Origin: Minisyncoccota bacterium
GTDB lineage: Bacteria; Patescibacteriota; Minisyncoccia; UBA6257; 2-01-FULL-56-20
Assembly: GCA_035541415.1 (NCBI GenBank)
Contig: DATKNI010000030.1
Location: forward strand, 1,621-65,620
Direction of reading: 5' to 3'
Length of the DNA stretch: 64,000 nt
Shown: positions 48,523 to 58,540 of the stretch, piece by piece
Numbering within the stretch: position 1 is the first letter of the stretch
Layout of the letters: the number at the start of each line of letters is the position of its first letter
The notes under the pieces: generated by a model
Told to the model about the DNA's origin: nothing
Database searches by the model: none
Seen by the model: the letters and a program-made list of their open reading frames with translations, nothing else
Position numbers and translations under genes: made by a program

Positions 48523-49718
48523 CTTACCGGGAAAACGAGATACCAGACTTTTGCCGCAACGTTGCGCGCGGGACCGGTGAGCGGGAAATGATGGATGTCG
48601 ATGAAGGGCAGGCTGTTGCATTCGATGACGCCGCACCGCTGTTTGCGCCACGAGACCGCCATGTCGTTCATGATGAAGTCCACGCCGAAGAGCGGGTCAT
48701 CAACATACCGCGCGATTTTCAAAAAAAGTTCGCAGTTGTCGGGATGGATGGCTTCGATTTCCGTCGTTGACGCGCCGAACGCGCGGCTCACTTTTGGATG
48801 AAGGATGACCATGCGGTCTTTTGCGGGAACGCTCGTGAGCGAAAGATTCTGGCTCGCGAGCACGAGGGGATCAATCGAGAGTTCATGGAACACCGGCCCG
48901 CGACGCAATGGATTTTTATTTTCACGATCAATCAGTTCTTGCACGCTGTGCGTGCCGTCGCCTGTGACGTGCGGCGGTTCGCGGCGCATGACGCCGGCGA
49001 TTTCGCCGCCAACGAGCGTGATGCGGAACACGAATCCCGGCAATTCTTCCTCGACGGCAACCGAAGGCGAAATTTCTTTTGCTTTTGCAAATGCATTCCG
49101 CACGGCTTCTTCCGTCGTGAGATGCAAATACGTGTGGCGGCTCCGCGATCCGAGCGCGGGTTTTATGATGACGGCGTCTGCGCGCCGTGCCGTTACGATT
49201 GAGCGGAAGACTGCTTCGGCTTGCGCAACGTTCGTCACGGATTTGCCAAGCGGCACCGGGATGTCCTGGGCGGCAAAGCGTTCAAGGATGATGCCTTTGT
49301 CGTCCATCCAATCCTGCGCGGTATCGTTCGCGAGGCGCGGCCGGGGAAGGCCGTCGAAGACGCGCGTATCGCCCTCATAGCTTGCAAAATAGATGTTCCG
49401 GGCGAGTCCGAACGGACGGAACTCCCGCATCGCGATGCCGCGGCGCTCGGCTTCCTCCCAGATGACGCGCGTGCGATCCGTGGTTTGGGCGTCGGGATGG
49501 CGCACGATGGTGCCGAGGCGGAGGCGTGCGGCAAGGCCGAAAAGCGGAGGGGCAATGCGGCCGGGTTTGAGCGCTGCGACGGCGGGGCGCACGACGTTCC
49601 AGACGATCTCGGCGGGTTTTGAGATGTAACCAAAAAAAGCGTCCGCGCGGACGTTCCAGCGCTCGATGGCGTGCGACACGGTTGCCGGACCGCAGTCGGG
49701 GCAGGCCGTTTGTTCCAT
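48516..49718 (-). CDS. Stand-alone ATP-grasp ligase related to the cyanophycin synthetase N-terminal / GshF ATP-grasp domain
   Basis: DDK, IPVPLG, IIKP..GS, VEE, RREPPHVTGDG.HSV.ELI..EN..P.R, GVDFI, IECNSLP.I..H. Confidence 0.8.
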   Translation of the reverse strand: MEQTACPDCGPATVSHAIERWNVRADAFFGYISKPAEIVWNVVRPAVAALKPGRIAPPLFGLAARLRLGTIVRHPDAQTTDRTRVIWEEAERRGIAMREFRPFGLARNIYFASYEGDTRVFDGLPRPRLANDTAQDWMDDKGIILERFAAQDIPVPLGKSVTNVAQAEAVFRSIVTARRADAVIIKPALGSRSRHTYLHLTTEEAVRNAFAKAKEISPSVAVEEELPGFVFRITLVGGEIAGVMRREPPHVTGDGTHSVQELIDRENKNPLRRGPVFHELSIDPLVLASQNLSLTSVPAKDRMVILHPKVSRAFGASTTEIEAIHPDNCELFLKIARYVDDPLFGVDFIMNDMAVSWRKQRCGVIECNSLPFIDIHHFPLTGPARNVAAKVWYLVFPVRK

Positions 49719-49750
49719 GGCCTCATCATACTGCAGTTTTTTTAATCGTG

Positions 49751-51271
49751 CTATGCGAAACCCGGGAAGAAATCGGTTTTGATCTGCGTGCGAGGGACGC
49801 CGAGTTCGGCGAGCGTTTTCTTAAATTCGCTCACCATGCCGTGCGTGCCTGAAATGTAGAATGTGCGTTCGCGAAAATCGGGAGCGACGCTCTCGATGAG
49901 CTTCATGTCGATGCGGCCGATGCGGCCGTTGTGGCTCGGAGCTTTCGCCGCGGGATCGGTAATGGCGTAGACCGTGCGAAGCCCCCATTTTTTTTCGGCT
50001 TCATCAAAAATGTCCCGATATGCGATTTCGTTTTCATTGCGGTTCGAATAGAAGAGGATCGCGTCGCGCCGTTCGTTCATATCGGAAATATATTTCGCCA
50101 TGCTGCGGAACGGCGTGATGCCGATGCCGCCCGCGATGAAGATCAATTTCTTTTTGGGATCGTTCGGGAGCGTGAAATCGCCGGCGAGCTGTCCCGCAAC
50201 GATGGTTTCGCCGGGTTTGAGGTTCATGAGCGCGAACTTGAATGTACTCGAGTTTTCATAGAACTTCACGCCCAGGTGAACTTCCGGTTCGGTGGGAGAC
50301 GAAGCAATCGTAAAATAACGGCGATTGCCGCGGGTGTCTGCTTTCTGGTGCGCGAGCGTCCACTCAAGATATTGGCCGGGACGATGGTTGATTTTTGCAT
50401 CAGGCGCAAACTGGAAGTCGTCCATATCTTTTCCAACTTCGTGCTTGCCTTTCATGGTGAGCATGAACTTGCGCTTGGGACTTACGACATAGGAGAAGAC
50501 GTTGCCCGTGACGAGCGCGAGTTCCGGAATGGAATAGACGGCGCCCACATGGACATATGGAGAATAGAGGAGGCCGACGATTACGCCGTAGATGACGCGG
50601 AGCGTGCGGGTCGGCGGCGTTGTTAAGGGTTCCGTGAGCATGATCGTGCCGAAGAAGAAGATTGGCGTGTGGAGGACGATGCGCTGGATCGTGCCCCAGG
50701 GATCGAATATCGGGGCGAGCGCGATGCAGCTCACGATTGCGGCGGCGAAGAATGAAAGGAAGAGGTCGAAGCGCTGGAGCTTGCGAACGATGAGGAGGCC
50801 GCCCACGATGACGAATGCCATCATAGGGAGATTGCCGCCGACCCACCAGCTTGCATACTGATTGAGCGCGAAACCGGTGATGACGACGGCGAGCGCTGCA
50901 GGATTAAAGACGTGTTTCTTGCCGATAGCGATGATGTATTTCGAGGCCATCGCGATGAGGGCGGCGGCGAGGAGAAGTTCGATGTTCTGCAGCGCCCACG
51001 TTCCGGGCGTAATAATGAGCGCAAGAATGAGTCCCGTGAGATACGCCGATTCAACGCTCGGCTGGGCGCCCCATACTTTTGCAAAAATGATGTTAATAAT
51101 CCAGCAGGATCCCAAAAGGAAAAATGCCGTGAAGAGAATCGCGACGGGGCTGTAGGGGAGGATGCCGAGAGCTCCGAGAATGGCGGCGATCACAACATAC
51201 GCCTCAAGAATATAGAGGAGAAGGCGGTACATCGTTATCTTGTTGAGCAGGCGATCAATGAGTGCGATCAT
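49751..51271 (-). CDS. RnfD/NqrB-like membrane domain fused to an FNR-type FAD/NAD(P)H oxidoreductase
   Basis: HVFNPAA, FFGTIMLTEPLTTP; PGQY, RRYFTIASSP, FIAGGIGITPFRSM. Confidence 0.88.
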   Translation of the reverse strand: MIALIDRLLNKITMYRLLLYILEAYVVIAAILGALGILPYSPVAILFTAFFLLGSCWIINIIFAKVWGAQPSVESAYLTGLILALIITPGTWALQNIELLLAAALIAMASKYIIAIGKKHVFNPAALAVVITGFALNQYASWWVGGNLPMMAFVIVGGLLIVRKLQRFDLFLSFFAAAIVSCIALAPIFDPWGTIQRIVLHTPIFFFGTIMLTEPLTTPPTRTLRVIYGVIVGLLYSPYVHVGAVYSIPELALVTGNVFSYVVSPKRKFMLTMKGKHEVGKDMDDFQFAPDAKINHRPGQYLEWTLAHQKADTRGNRRYFTIASSPTEPEVHLGVKFYENSSTFKFALMNLKPGETIVAGQLAGDFTLPNDPKKKLIFIAGGIGITPFRSMAKYISDMNERRDAILFYSNRNENEIAYRDIFDEAEKKWGLRTVYAITDPAAKAPSHNGRIGRIDMKLIESVAPDFRERTFYISGTHGMVSEFKKTLAELGVPRTQIKTDFFPGFA

Positions 51272-51283
51272 AGTGCCGTTTGT

Positions 51284-52033
51284 TTAATCGGGTCGGGCGA
51301 CATACGTCTCGAAGCCGGATGTCATGGTTGCTGTCTTATTATTATCTATCATATATCCTTCGAGTCCAGGAATGTTTTCGATGAAATGTATGGCGGCTTT
51401 GCCCATGGCAAATGCCGCCGTTGCGAACCGGTCAGCCTCGTAGATGTTCGGGCCGATGACGGTGAGGCTCACGATCTCGTCGATCGGTTTGCCGTCGCGC
51501 GGATTATAAATATGGAGGCCGCGGATGTACGTGCCCGAGGTGGCGACGCCTTCGGTTTTAACGCGCATGACTTTGACGTTCTCCGCTTCATTCCACGGAT
51601 TTTTGATTCCCACGGTCCACAATTTCCCTTCGGCATTCATGCCGTGTGGCTGAATATCGCCTCCGGCATCAACATAAAAATTCTTGAAGCCGTTCTTAAG
51701 GATGAGCTGTGCGGCATTCCAAATGGCCCAGCCCTTCACGAGGCCCGAAGGATCATACGTTCCGTTCGGCGTTTTGATATCAAAGTATCCGTTTGTCTCG
51801 CGCTTTGTTTCCTCGGAAAGCATGAAGACCAGTCTCATTTCCTCGCTCCAATCTTTTTCCGCGAGGCGCCCTTCGTTGATTGCCGTGATCTCACTCGTCT
51901 TTTTATAGGTGCTGAATTTTTCGTCGATATATTTGAAGTAGCCATATATTTCTTCGAATATGGCTTCGTCTGCGTGCGGGTCGACAATCTCAACCGCTAT
52001 GGGCATTCCCATGAGAACGCGAATCTGCTTCAT
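51284..52033 (-). CDS. apbE: FAD:protein FMN transferase
   Basis: MG, FSTYK..SEI, TNGYFD, VKGWA, AGGDI, ATSG, AD.FATA. Confidence 0.92.
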   Translation of the reverse strand: MKQIRVLMGMPIAVEIVDPHADEAIFEEIYGYFKYIDEKFSTYKKTSEITAINEGRLAEKDWSEEMRLVFMLSEETKRETNGYFDIKTPNGTYDPSGLVKGWAIWNAAQLILKNGFKNFYVDAGGDIQPHGMNAEGKLWTVGIKNPWNEAENVKVMRVKTEGVATSGTYIRGLHIYNPRDGKPIDEIVSLTVIGPNIYEADRFATAAFAMGKAAIHFIENIPGLEGYMIDNNKTATMTSGFETYVARPD

Positions 52034-52069
52034 ATCGTTGCGGAATTATATGCGGGAGGCCGGCCGATG

Positions 52070-52612
52070 TTAGCTTTTGGCCTGCGAGAGCGCTGATGCG
52101 AGCGATTGTTGGAATGCCTGGCTGGTTTGCGTTGCGCCGGAAACGATGTCTACGGTGGCGCTCTGCGAAGCAATAGCTTCCTTTTTGAGCTGGGGGATTG
52201 CCATGCTGCTTACTTCGCTCGTATGCCCCGGTTCGTTAGGGTATTTGAGGAATTTTACATCCGTGAGCTTGCCGCCGCTCACGACCGCCGCCACTTGGAC
52301 CGTGCCATAAAATGCGTCAGCTGCGCTGCCCGTGTAGGTGCCGTTCCGATATTGGCCCGTTGAGCCTGTTCCGCCCGTTGAGCCTGTTCCGCCGGTCGAG
52401 GTTGTTACGGTTGAGCCAGTAGTTGTTCCGTTCCCATTCCCGGTTCCTCCGGCTGTCGTTGTCTGGTTGGAGCCGGTGCTGGTGCTGTCCGTCCCGCCAT
52501 TATTGGCGGCGACTTGCGAGTTTGAATCGCCATTTTGCCCGTTAAAAATAATATAGCCGGCGATAAGCACGACTACGGCAATCCCGAGAATATATTTCCA
52601 GGCGTTTTTCAT
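52070..52612 (-). CDS. Membrane-anchored FMN-binding (flavinylated) protein
   Basis: TM anchor, G/T/S linker, YRNGTYTGS, YGTVQV, DIVSGATQTS flavinylation motif; ATG at 52612. Confidence 0.9.
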   Translation of the reverse strand: MKNAWKYILGIAVVVLIAGYIIFNGQNGDSNSQVAANNGGTDSTSTGSNQTTTAGGTGNGNGTTTGSTVTTSTGGTGSTGGTGSTGQYRNGTYTGSAADAFYGTVQVAAVVSGGKLTDVKFLKYPNEPGHTSEVSSMAIPQLKKEAIASQSATVDIVSGATQTSQAFQQSLASALSQAKS

Positions 52613-52693
52613 GCTTGTATTCCTATTTATACGTTTTACGATGGCGTTTTGGTTCGTAAGCAGTATATCATAATATCCGCTATAATAAGAGCC

Positions 52694-54652
52694 ATGTTGA
52701 CCGAAAAACCCATCAACCCCGACGATCTCGACCATGCCGTACGTCCGGGTGACGATTTCTTTGGTTACGTAAACAATATCTGGATCCGCAAAAACCCGAT
52801 TCCGGCAAATGAGGCCCGCTGGGGGACTTTTTATGTTTTGCGGTACGAGGTTGAGGAGCAGATCAAAAAAATTTTTGAAGGACTGGTCGCCACGCCCGCC
52901 GGGAAGCTCGACGACTCCGGGAAAAAAGTGAAATATTTTTATGAAAGCGGCATGGATGTCGATCATGTGAACGCGGAAGGCGATGCGCCGCTCGCGCCGC
53001 TCCTCGATGCCGTGAACGGCATTCACGACGTGAACGACCTCGTGCGGACGATCGGCTTTTTGCATCGCCGCGGAATCGGCGTTTTTTGGGCGCCGAGTCC
53101 CGAACCGGACGCAAAATCAAGCGACCGGACGGCGCTCTATTTTTCCCAGGCAGGGCTCAGCTTGCCCGACCGCGATTATTATGTGAATGCCGACGAGAAG
53201 AGCGTTGCGATCCGGAAACGGTACGCGGACTACGCCGCCCTCATGCTCGCACATTCTTCGATAGCAGCCGATGCCCAGCAGTTTTCAAAAATAAATGATA
53301 TCGAAAAGACGCTCGCGAAACATTCGATGACGCGCGTTGAACTTCGTGATTTCGAAAAGCAATATAACAAAATGTCGTGGGAAGAGCTTTCGAAACGCGC
53401 TCCGCACATTGACTGGAACATCTATTGCGAGGCGATTGCCATTCGCAAGCCGGAGTTTGTGATCGTGTGCCAGCCGGAGTTTATGGCGGCGGTGAGCGAG
53501 CTATTCCAATCTGTTCCGCTCGAATCGCTCAAAGCTTACCTGCGATGGCAGGTGCTCAATGCGATGTCGAATTTCTTAAGCGAAGATTTTGCCCACCGCT
53601 CGTTCGAGTTTTACGGCAAGACGTTCGGCGGCGCCACGGAGATCAAGCCGCGGTGGCGCCGCGTTTTGAATGTGGTGAACGGCATGCTCGATCAGGCCGT
53701 CGCCAAACTTTATGTCGAGCGCCATTTCAGCGCGGCGGCAAAGACGAGAGTCAATCAGCTCGTCGACCATTTGACGGAAGCGTATCGTGCCCGCATCAAG
53801 CGCCTCGATTGGATGAGCGACGCCACAAAAGAGAAGGCGCTTACCAAGCTGAACGCGATCAGCCGCAAGCTCGGCTATCCTGACGTGTGGCGCGATATCT
53901 CGGCGCTCACGATTGTTCCCGGCGCATATCTCGAGAACCGCCTGAACGCGCATATTTTTGAATTCGACCGGCAGATGAAAAAAATCGGCAAGCCCGTGGA
54001 CCGTTCCGAGTGGCTCATCTCGCCGCAAACGGTAAACGCGTTCTATCTTGGGCTTCAAAATGAAATCGATTTTCCGGCAGCGATTCTCCAGCCGCCGTTC
54101 TTTTATCCCGACGGCGATGACGCCGTGAACTTTGGCGGCATCGGCATGGCAATCGGCCACGAGCTTACTCACGGGTTCGACGATGAGGGCTCGCGCTTCG
54201 ATGCCAACGGGAATCTCACGAATTGGTGGACCGAAGACGACCGCGCGCGATTCGACAAGCTCACGGCGCGCCTCGCCGCGCAATTCGATGCCTACGAACT
54301 TCTGCCGGGCCTTCGCGTGAACGGCAAGCTCACGCTTGGTGAAAATATTGCCGACCTCGGCGGATTGCTGATCGCCTACGACGGGCTCACTTTGGCGCTC
54401 AAGGAAAATCCCGTGGGCGCTATTGACGGCTTTACGCCCTTTGAGCGGTTTTTCATCAGTTATGCCATCACCGAACGCTCCGTAGCGCGTGAGGAAGCCT
54501 TGCGGACGCAGGTCCAAACGGATCCGCATACGCCCGCGCCGTATCGCGTGAACGGCCCGCTTCCCAACATGGATGAATTTTATGAGGCATTTGACTGCAA
54601 ACCGGGCGATGCGCTCTGGCGGGATCCAAAGGACCGGGTGAAGATCTGGTGA
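52694..54652 (+). CDS. M13 metalloendopeptidase (PepO/neprilysin-like)
   Basis: PGDDFFGYVN, LPDRDYY, VNAFY, GHELTHGFD, GENIAD, DPH.P..YRVN; ATG at 52694. Confidence 0.95.
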   Translation: MLTEKPINPDDLDHAVRPGDDFFGYVNNIWIRKNPIPANEARWGTFYVLRYEVEEQIKKIFEGLVATPAGKLDDSGKKVKYFYESGMDVDHVNAEGDAPLAPLLDAVNGIHDVNDLVRTIGFLHRRGIGVFWAPSPEPDAKSSDRTALYFSQAGLSLPDRDYYVNADEKSVAIRKRYADYAALMLAHSSIAADAQQFSKINDIEKTLAKHSMTRVELRDFEKQYNKMSWEELSKRAPHIDWNIYCEAIAIRKPEFVIVCQPEFMAAVSELFQSVPLESLKAYLRWQVLNAMSNFLSEDFAHRSFEFYGKTFGGATEIKPRWRRVLNVVNGMLDQAVAKLYVERHFSAAAKTRVNQLVDHLTEAYRARIKRLDWMSDATKEKALTKLNAISRKLGYPDVWRDISALTIVPGAYLENRLNAHIFEFDRQMKKIGKPVDRSEWLISPQTVNAFYLGLQNEIDFPAAILQPPFFYPDGDDAVNFGGIGMAIGHELTHGFDDEGSRFDANGNLTNWWTEDDRARFDKLTARLAAQFDAYELLPGLRVNGKLTLGENIADLGGLLIAYDGLTLALKENPVGAIDGFTPFERFFISYAITERSVAREEALRTQVQTDPHTPAPYRVNGPLPNMDEFYEAFDCKPGDALWRDPKDRVKIW

Positions 54653-54740
54653 TCGCGCCCGCATTCCGGCTTTTATTTTAGATAAATTTAATCTGCGGCG
54701 TGGAGAATGAGAAGGTCGAATAAATAAAAAATTCACGCTT

Positions 54741-55877
54741 ATGAAAAAATATTGCGCCGCGCTTGCGGCAGCCGTGGTTTTGGTTGTGCCGGGGTTTCCC
54801 GTCGGTCAAATGCAAATCGCTTCCGTCGAGGCGAGCTATCACTTTGCGAATTATCTGGGCGCTCCGCCGATCCATATTTTCCGATCGGCGCAGAAATCGC
54901 CGAGCGGCCTCACGCCGCTTGAGATAAAGCATATTTATAATCTCCCGCTCACGGGAGGCGCAAGCAGTACGATTGCGCTTGTCGAGGCCTATTCCGCGCC
55001 AACGCTCGAAAGCGATCTGGGCGTCTTTGACGACACCTATTCGCTTGCGCCGTGCACCGTAAAGAATAAATGTCTTGAGATCCACAGCATGGGGAGTGGC
55101 GTCGCCGCGAATGGCGGATGGGCGCTCGAAACAACGCTCGACGTGGAATGGGCGCATGCCATCGCCCCGCAAGCAAAAATCCTGGTCGTACAGGCAAAAA
55201 CGCAGAGCGGCGCGAATCTGCTCGCTGCGCTCGATTATGCAGCGGCCCGAAGCGACGTCGATGCGATTTCGATAAGCTGGGGCGGTCCTGAGTTTCCGGA
55301 AGAAACATCGCTCGACGGGCATTTTTTGAGCGCTTCGGGCGCGGCATTTTTCGCGTCATCCGGTGACCACGGCGCCGGCACGAGTTGGCCCGCGGCATCG
55401 CCGAACGTAGTTGCGGTCGGAGGAACCTCGCTTGAACTCTTGCCGAGCGGCTCGCTTGTTTCTGAATCGGCGTGGGCCGGAAGCGGGGGAGGAGTAAGCG
55501 CCTATGAGCCCGAGCCGGATTATCAGCGCGCGTACAATATTCCGAAAGCCAGCGGCCATCGCGCGATTCCGGATGTTGCATACAACGCCAATCCGCGATC
55601 GGGATATGCGGTTTACAAATCGAACGGCGCCACAAAGAACGGCTGGTATGTCGTTGGCGGCACGTCGGCGGGGGCTCCTCAATGGGCGGCCATCTACGCG
55701 ATCGGCCGTTCGGCAACGCTCCCGGTCATGTACGGAGATAAAGCTTCGTCGGGCACGCTGCAATATTTCCGGGACATTGCGAGCGGCGCAAATGGCACGT
55801 GTAAATATTATTGCGACGCGCGGAAACGATACGACTACGTAACCGGCTTAGGAACGCCGCTCACGGTTCATTTTTAA
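54741..55877 (+). CDS. Secreted S53 (sedolisin/kumamolisin-like) peptidase
   Basis: ETTLDVE, SSGD.G, AVGGT, PDVA, GGTSAGAP, YDYVTGLGTP. Confidence 0.9.
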   Translation: MKKYCAALAAAVVLVVPGFPVGQMQIASVEASYHFANYLGAPPIHIFRSAQKSPSGLTPLEIKHIYNLPLTGGASSTIALVEAYSAPTLESDLGVFDDTYSLAPCTVKNKCLEIHSMGSGVAANGGWALETTLDVEWAHAIAPQAKILVVQAKTQSGANLLAALDYAAARSDVDAISISWGGPEFPEETSLDGHFLSASGAAFFASSGDHGAGTSWPAASPNVVAVGGTSLELLPSGSLVSESAWAGSGGGVSAYEPEPDYQRAYNIPKASGHRAIPDVAYNANPRSGYAVYKSNGATKNGWYVVGGTSAGAPQWAAIYAIGRSATLPVMYGDKASSGTLQYFRDIASGANGTCKYYCDARKRYDYVTGLGTPLTVHF

Positions 55878-55915
55878 AGATTAAATTTTTATTAAATGAA
55901 TATTGCTTCACGATC

Positions 55916-56344
55916 ATGAAAACGTATGATGAGATTATGGAGATTTTGCGGAATGAGTTCAAGGAGGCCATCGAAGATCTCGCGCTCATGATTCAGCGGG
56001 AGTTTGTCGCTGTTCGTGAGGAGATGCACGCACAAACTGTGATGCTGCAGACGGAGATGAAAGAACAGGCCGCAGTATTGCGAGAAGAGATGAAAGAGCA
56101 AGCAGCAATGTTGCGCGCGGAGATGTATGGGCAAGTGGCAACGTTGCGCAAAGAGATGCACGATGAGGCCGTTGCTGTGAGGGGCGAGATGAAGGGTGGC
56201 CTTGATGCACTGCGCACCGAATTAAAGGGCGATATTCAGGAATTCCGGCAGGAAACCCAAGCGAATTTTGCCCTGATGAACGGGATCTTGCGCAACCATG
56301 AATATCGGCTCGAAAGGGTCGAGAAAAAGCTCGATATTTCCTAG
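55916..56344 (+). CDS. Coiled-coil protein with 11-residue repeats
   Basis: LREEMKEQAAM-type repeats; C-terminal HEYRLERVEKKL. Confidence 0.7.
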   Translation: MKTYDEIMEILRNEFKEAIEDLALMIQREFVAVREEMHAQTVMLQTEMKEQAAVLREEMKEQAAMLRAEMYGQVATLRKEMHDEAVAVRGEMKGGLDALRTELKGDIQEFRQETQANFALMNGILRNHEYRLERVEKKLDIS

Positions 56345-56406
56345 CGTATAGGTCGTTCTGGGGATTGGAAATTTGACCGGTTTTCTGATACAATAAGAGG
56401 TATCTT

Positions 56407-58473
56407 ATGGCAGAAAAAACCTCCAACACCAAAGGCAGCGCTTCATACGGTGCCAAGGACATTTATGTGCTTGAAGGGCTCGAACCGGTGCGCAAACGCC
56501 CCGGTATGTACATCGGTTCAACCGGTTCCCTTGGGTTGCATCACCTCGTCTGGGAGGTTGTCGACAACTCGATCGACGAAGCGATGGCGGGATTCGCAAA
56601 GAATGTCACCGTCGAAATTTTGCCGGGCAACGAAGTGGCCGTCACGGACGATGGCCGCGGCATTCCCGTCGAAGTCCATCCGCAAACCAAGAAATCCACG
56701 CTTGAAACCGTTTTGACGACGCTCCACGCCGGCGGCAAATTCGGCGGCGAGTCATATAAAGTCTCAGGCGGCCTCCACGGCGTGGGTGTTTCCGTGGTGA
56801 ACGCGCTTTCCGAATGGGTGAAGGTTGAAGTTGAGCGCGACGGCGGGATGTTTGTGCAGGAATATGAGCGGGGCAAACCGAAATATAAGGTAAAGAAAGT
56901 CGGTTCATCAAAACGGACCGGCACAAAAACCACATTCAAGCCGGATGCGCAAGTTTTTTCCGAGCTTGAATTCAATGATAAGACGATCATTGAGCATTTG
57001 CGCCAGCAGGCGTATCTCACAAAAGGCGTCCGCATCAATATTATTGACCGCCGTCCCAAAGCGCCTCTTTTTTACGGCTTTTACTTTGAAGGCGGCGTGC
57101 TGTCGTTCGTAAAATATCTTGCACAGAAAAAGAATGCGCTCCACGAAGATATTTTTTACGTTGAGAAAGAAAACCAGAACATCGACGTTGAGTGCGCCTT
57201 CATGTATGTCGACGACACTCGCGCGCAAGAAATGAGTTTTGCGAACAACATTTACACGCCGGAAGGCGGCATGCACCTCACCGGATTCCGCTCGGCCTTA
57301 ACGCGCTCGCTCAATAACTTTGCCCGCGCCGAAGGCTATCTCAAAGAAAAAGAAGAAAACCTCACGAGCGACGACGTCCGCGAAGGGCAGATTGTCGTAT
57401 TATCGGTGAAGCTTCGCGAGCCGCAGTTTGAAGGCCAAACCAAGGCGAAGCTCGGCAACCCGGAAGCGCGGACGGCGGTTGAGGCTGTTATCAACGAAGC
57501 GCTCAAAGAGTTTTTGGAAAAACATCCGCAGGAAGCAAAAGCCGTTATTGCAAAAGTTCTCCTCACTGCCAAAGCCCGCCTTGCGGCAAAGGCAGCGCGT
57601 GAAACCGTTTTGCGCAAAGGCGCATTCGAAGGCCTCACGCTCCCGGGCAAGCTTGCCGATTGCATTTCAAAGAGCGCCGAAGAATCAGAGCTTTTCATCG
57701 TGGAGGGCGATTCCGCAGGCGGCACGGCCAAGCAGGGGAGAAACCGCCAGAACCAGGCAATCCTGCCGCTTCGCGGAAAAATTTTGAACGTTGAACGCGC
57801 CCGTCTCGACAAAATGCTTGCGAACGCAGAAGTCCGCGCGCTTGTTGTTGCGATCGGTACGGCAATCGGCGAGGAGTTCAACATGGAAAAATTACGTTAC
57901 CACAAGATCGTCATCATGACCGATGCCGATGTCGATGGCGCGCACATCCGCACGCTTTTACTCACCTTGTTCTACCGTTATTTCCGCGAAGTGGTTGACG
58001 GCGGTTACATTTATATCGCTCAGCCGCCGCTCTACAAAATTCAGCTTGGCAAGCAGTTCAAATATGCCTTTTCGGATTCCGAAAAAGAAAAAGCCATCGC
58101 GGAACTTCAGAAGAATGCTCCGGTCCGCGGTGCGTCGGCAAAAGGCGATGCGAAGGGAAAAAAGAAAACGGAAGACGTTGCGGAGCGCGAAGCCGGAACC
58201 GCCAGCGAAGGAGAGAGAGTTGAGGAGGGCGCTGTTATGGCCGACGGCAAACGCATGCCGAACGTCCAGCGCTACAAGGGTCTTGGCGAAATGAATGCCG
58301 AACAGCTGTGGGAGACCACCATGAATCCGGAGAACCGCCTCATGAAGCAGGTGATGATCGAAGATGCGGAAGCCGCAGACAAACTTTTTGACGTTCTGAT
58401 GGGCGACGCCGTGGAGCCGCGCAAAAACTTCATCCAGGCGCACGCGGCAACGGTGCAGAATTTGGATATTTAA
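56407..58473 (+). CDS. gyrB: DNA gyrase subunit B
   Basis: VRKRPGMYIGS, EVVDNSIDE, GGLHGVG, VEGDSAGG, MTDADVDG, QRYKGLGEM. Confidence 0.98.
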   Translation: MAEKTSNTKGSASYGAKDIYVLEGLEPVRKRPGMYIGSTGSLGLHHLVWEVVDNSIDEAMAGFAKNVTVEILPGNEVAVTDDGRGIPVEVHPQTKKSTLETVLTTLHAGGKFGGESYKVSGGLHGVGVSVVNALSEWVKVEVERDGGMFVQEYERGKPKYKVKKVGSSKRTGTKTTFKPDAQVFSELEFNDKTIIEHLRQQAYLTKGVRINIIDRRPKAPLFYGFYFEGGVLSFVKYLAQKKNALHEDIFYVEKENQNIDVECAFMYVDDTRAQEMSFANNIYTPEGGMHLTGFRSALTRSLNNFARAEGYLKEKEENLTSDDVREGQIVVLSVKLREPQFEGQTKAKLGNPEARTAVEAVINEALKEFLEKHPQEAKAVIAKVLLTAKARLAAKAARETVLRKGAFEGLTLPGKLADCISKSAEESELFIVEGDSAGGTAKQGRNRQNQAILPLRGKILNVERARLDKMLANAEVRALVVAIGTAIGEEFNMEKLRYHKIVIMTDADVDGAHIRTLLLTLFYRYFREVVDGGYIYIAQPPLYKIQLGKQFKYAFSDSEKEKAIAELQKNAPVRGASAKGDAKGKKKTEDVAEREAGTASEGERVEEGAVMADGKRMPNVQRYKGLGEMNAEQLWETTMNPENRLMKQVMIEDAEAADKLFDVLMGDAVEPRKNFIQAHAATVQNLDI

Positions 58474-58540
58474 GATAAAAAAACAGACCAGATTGTCGCC
58501 AATCCGGCCTGTCGATCCGATGCTATCGATTCACGCTGTC

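Noticed and set aside
48516-49718. Cyanophycin synthetase
   Set aside because: Lacks the Mur-ligase half and no cyanophycinase is nearby
52355-52400. 18-bp tandem repeat as a VNTR or mini-array
   Set aside because: Two copies encoding the TGGTGS linker of the FMN-binding protein
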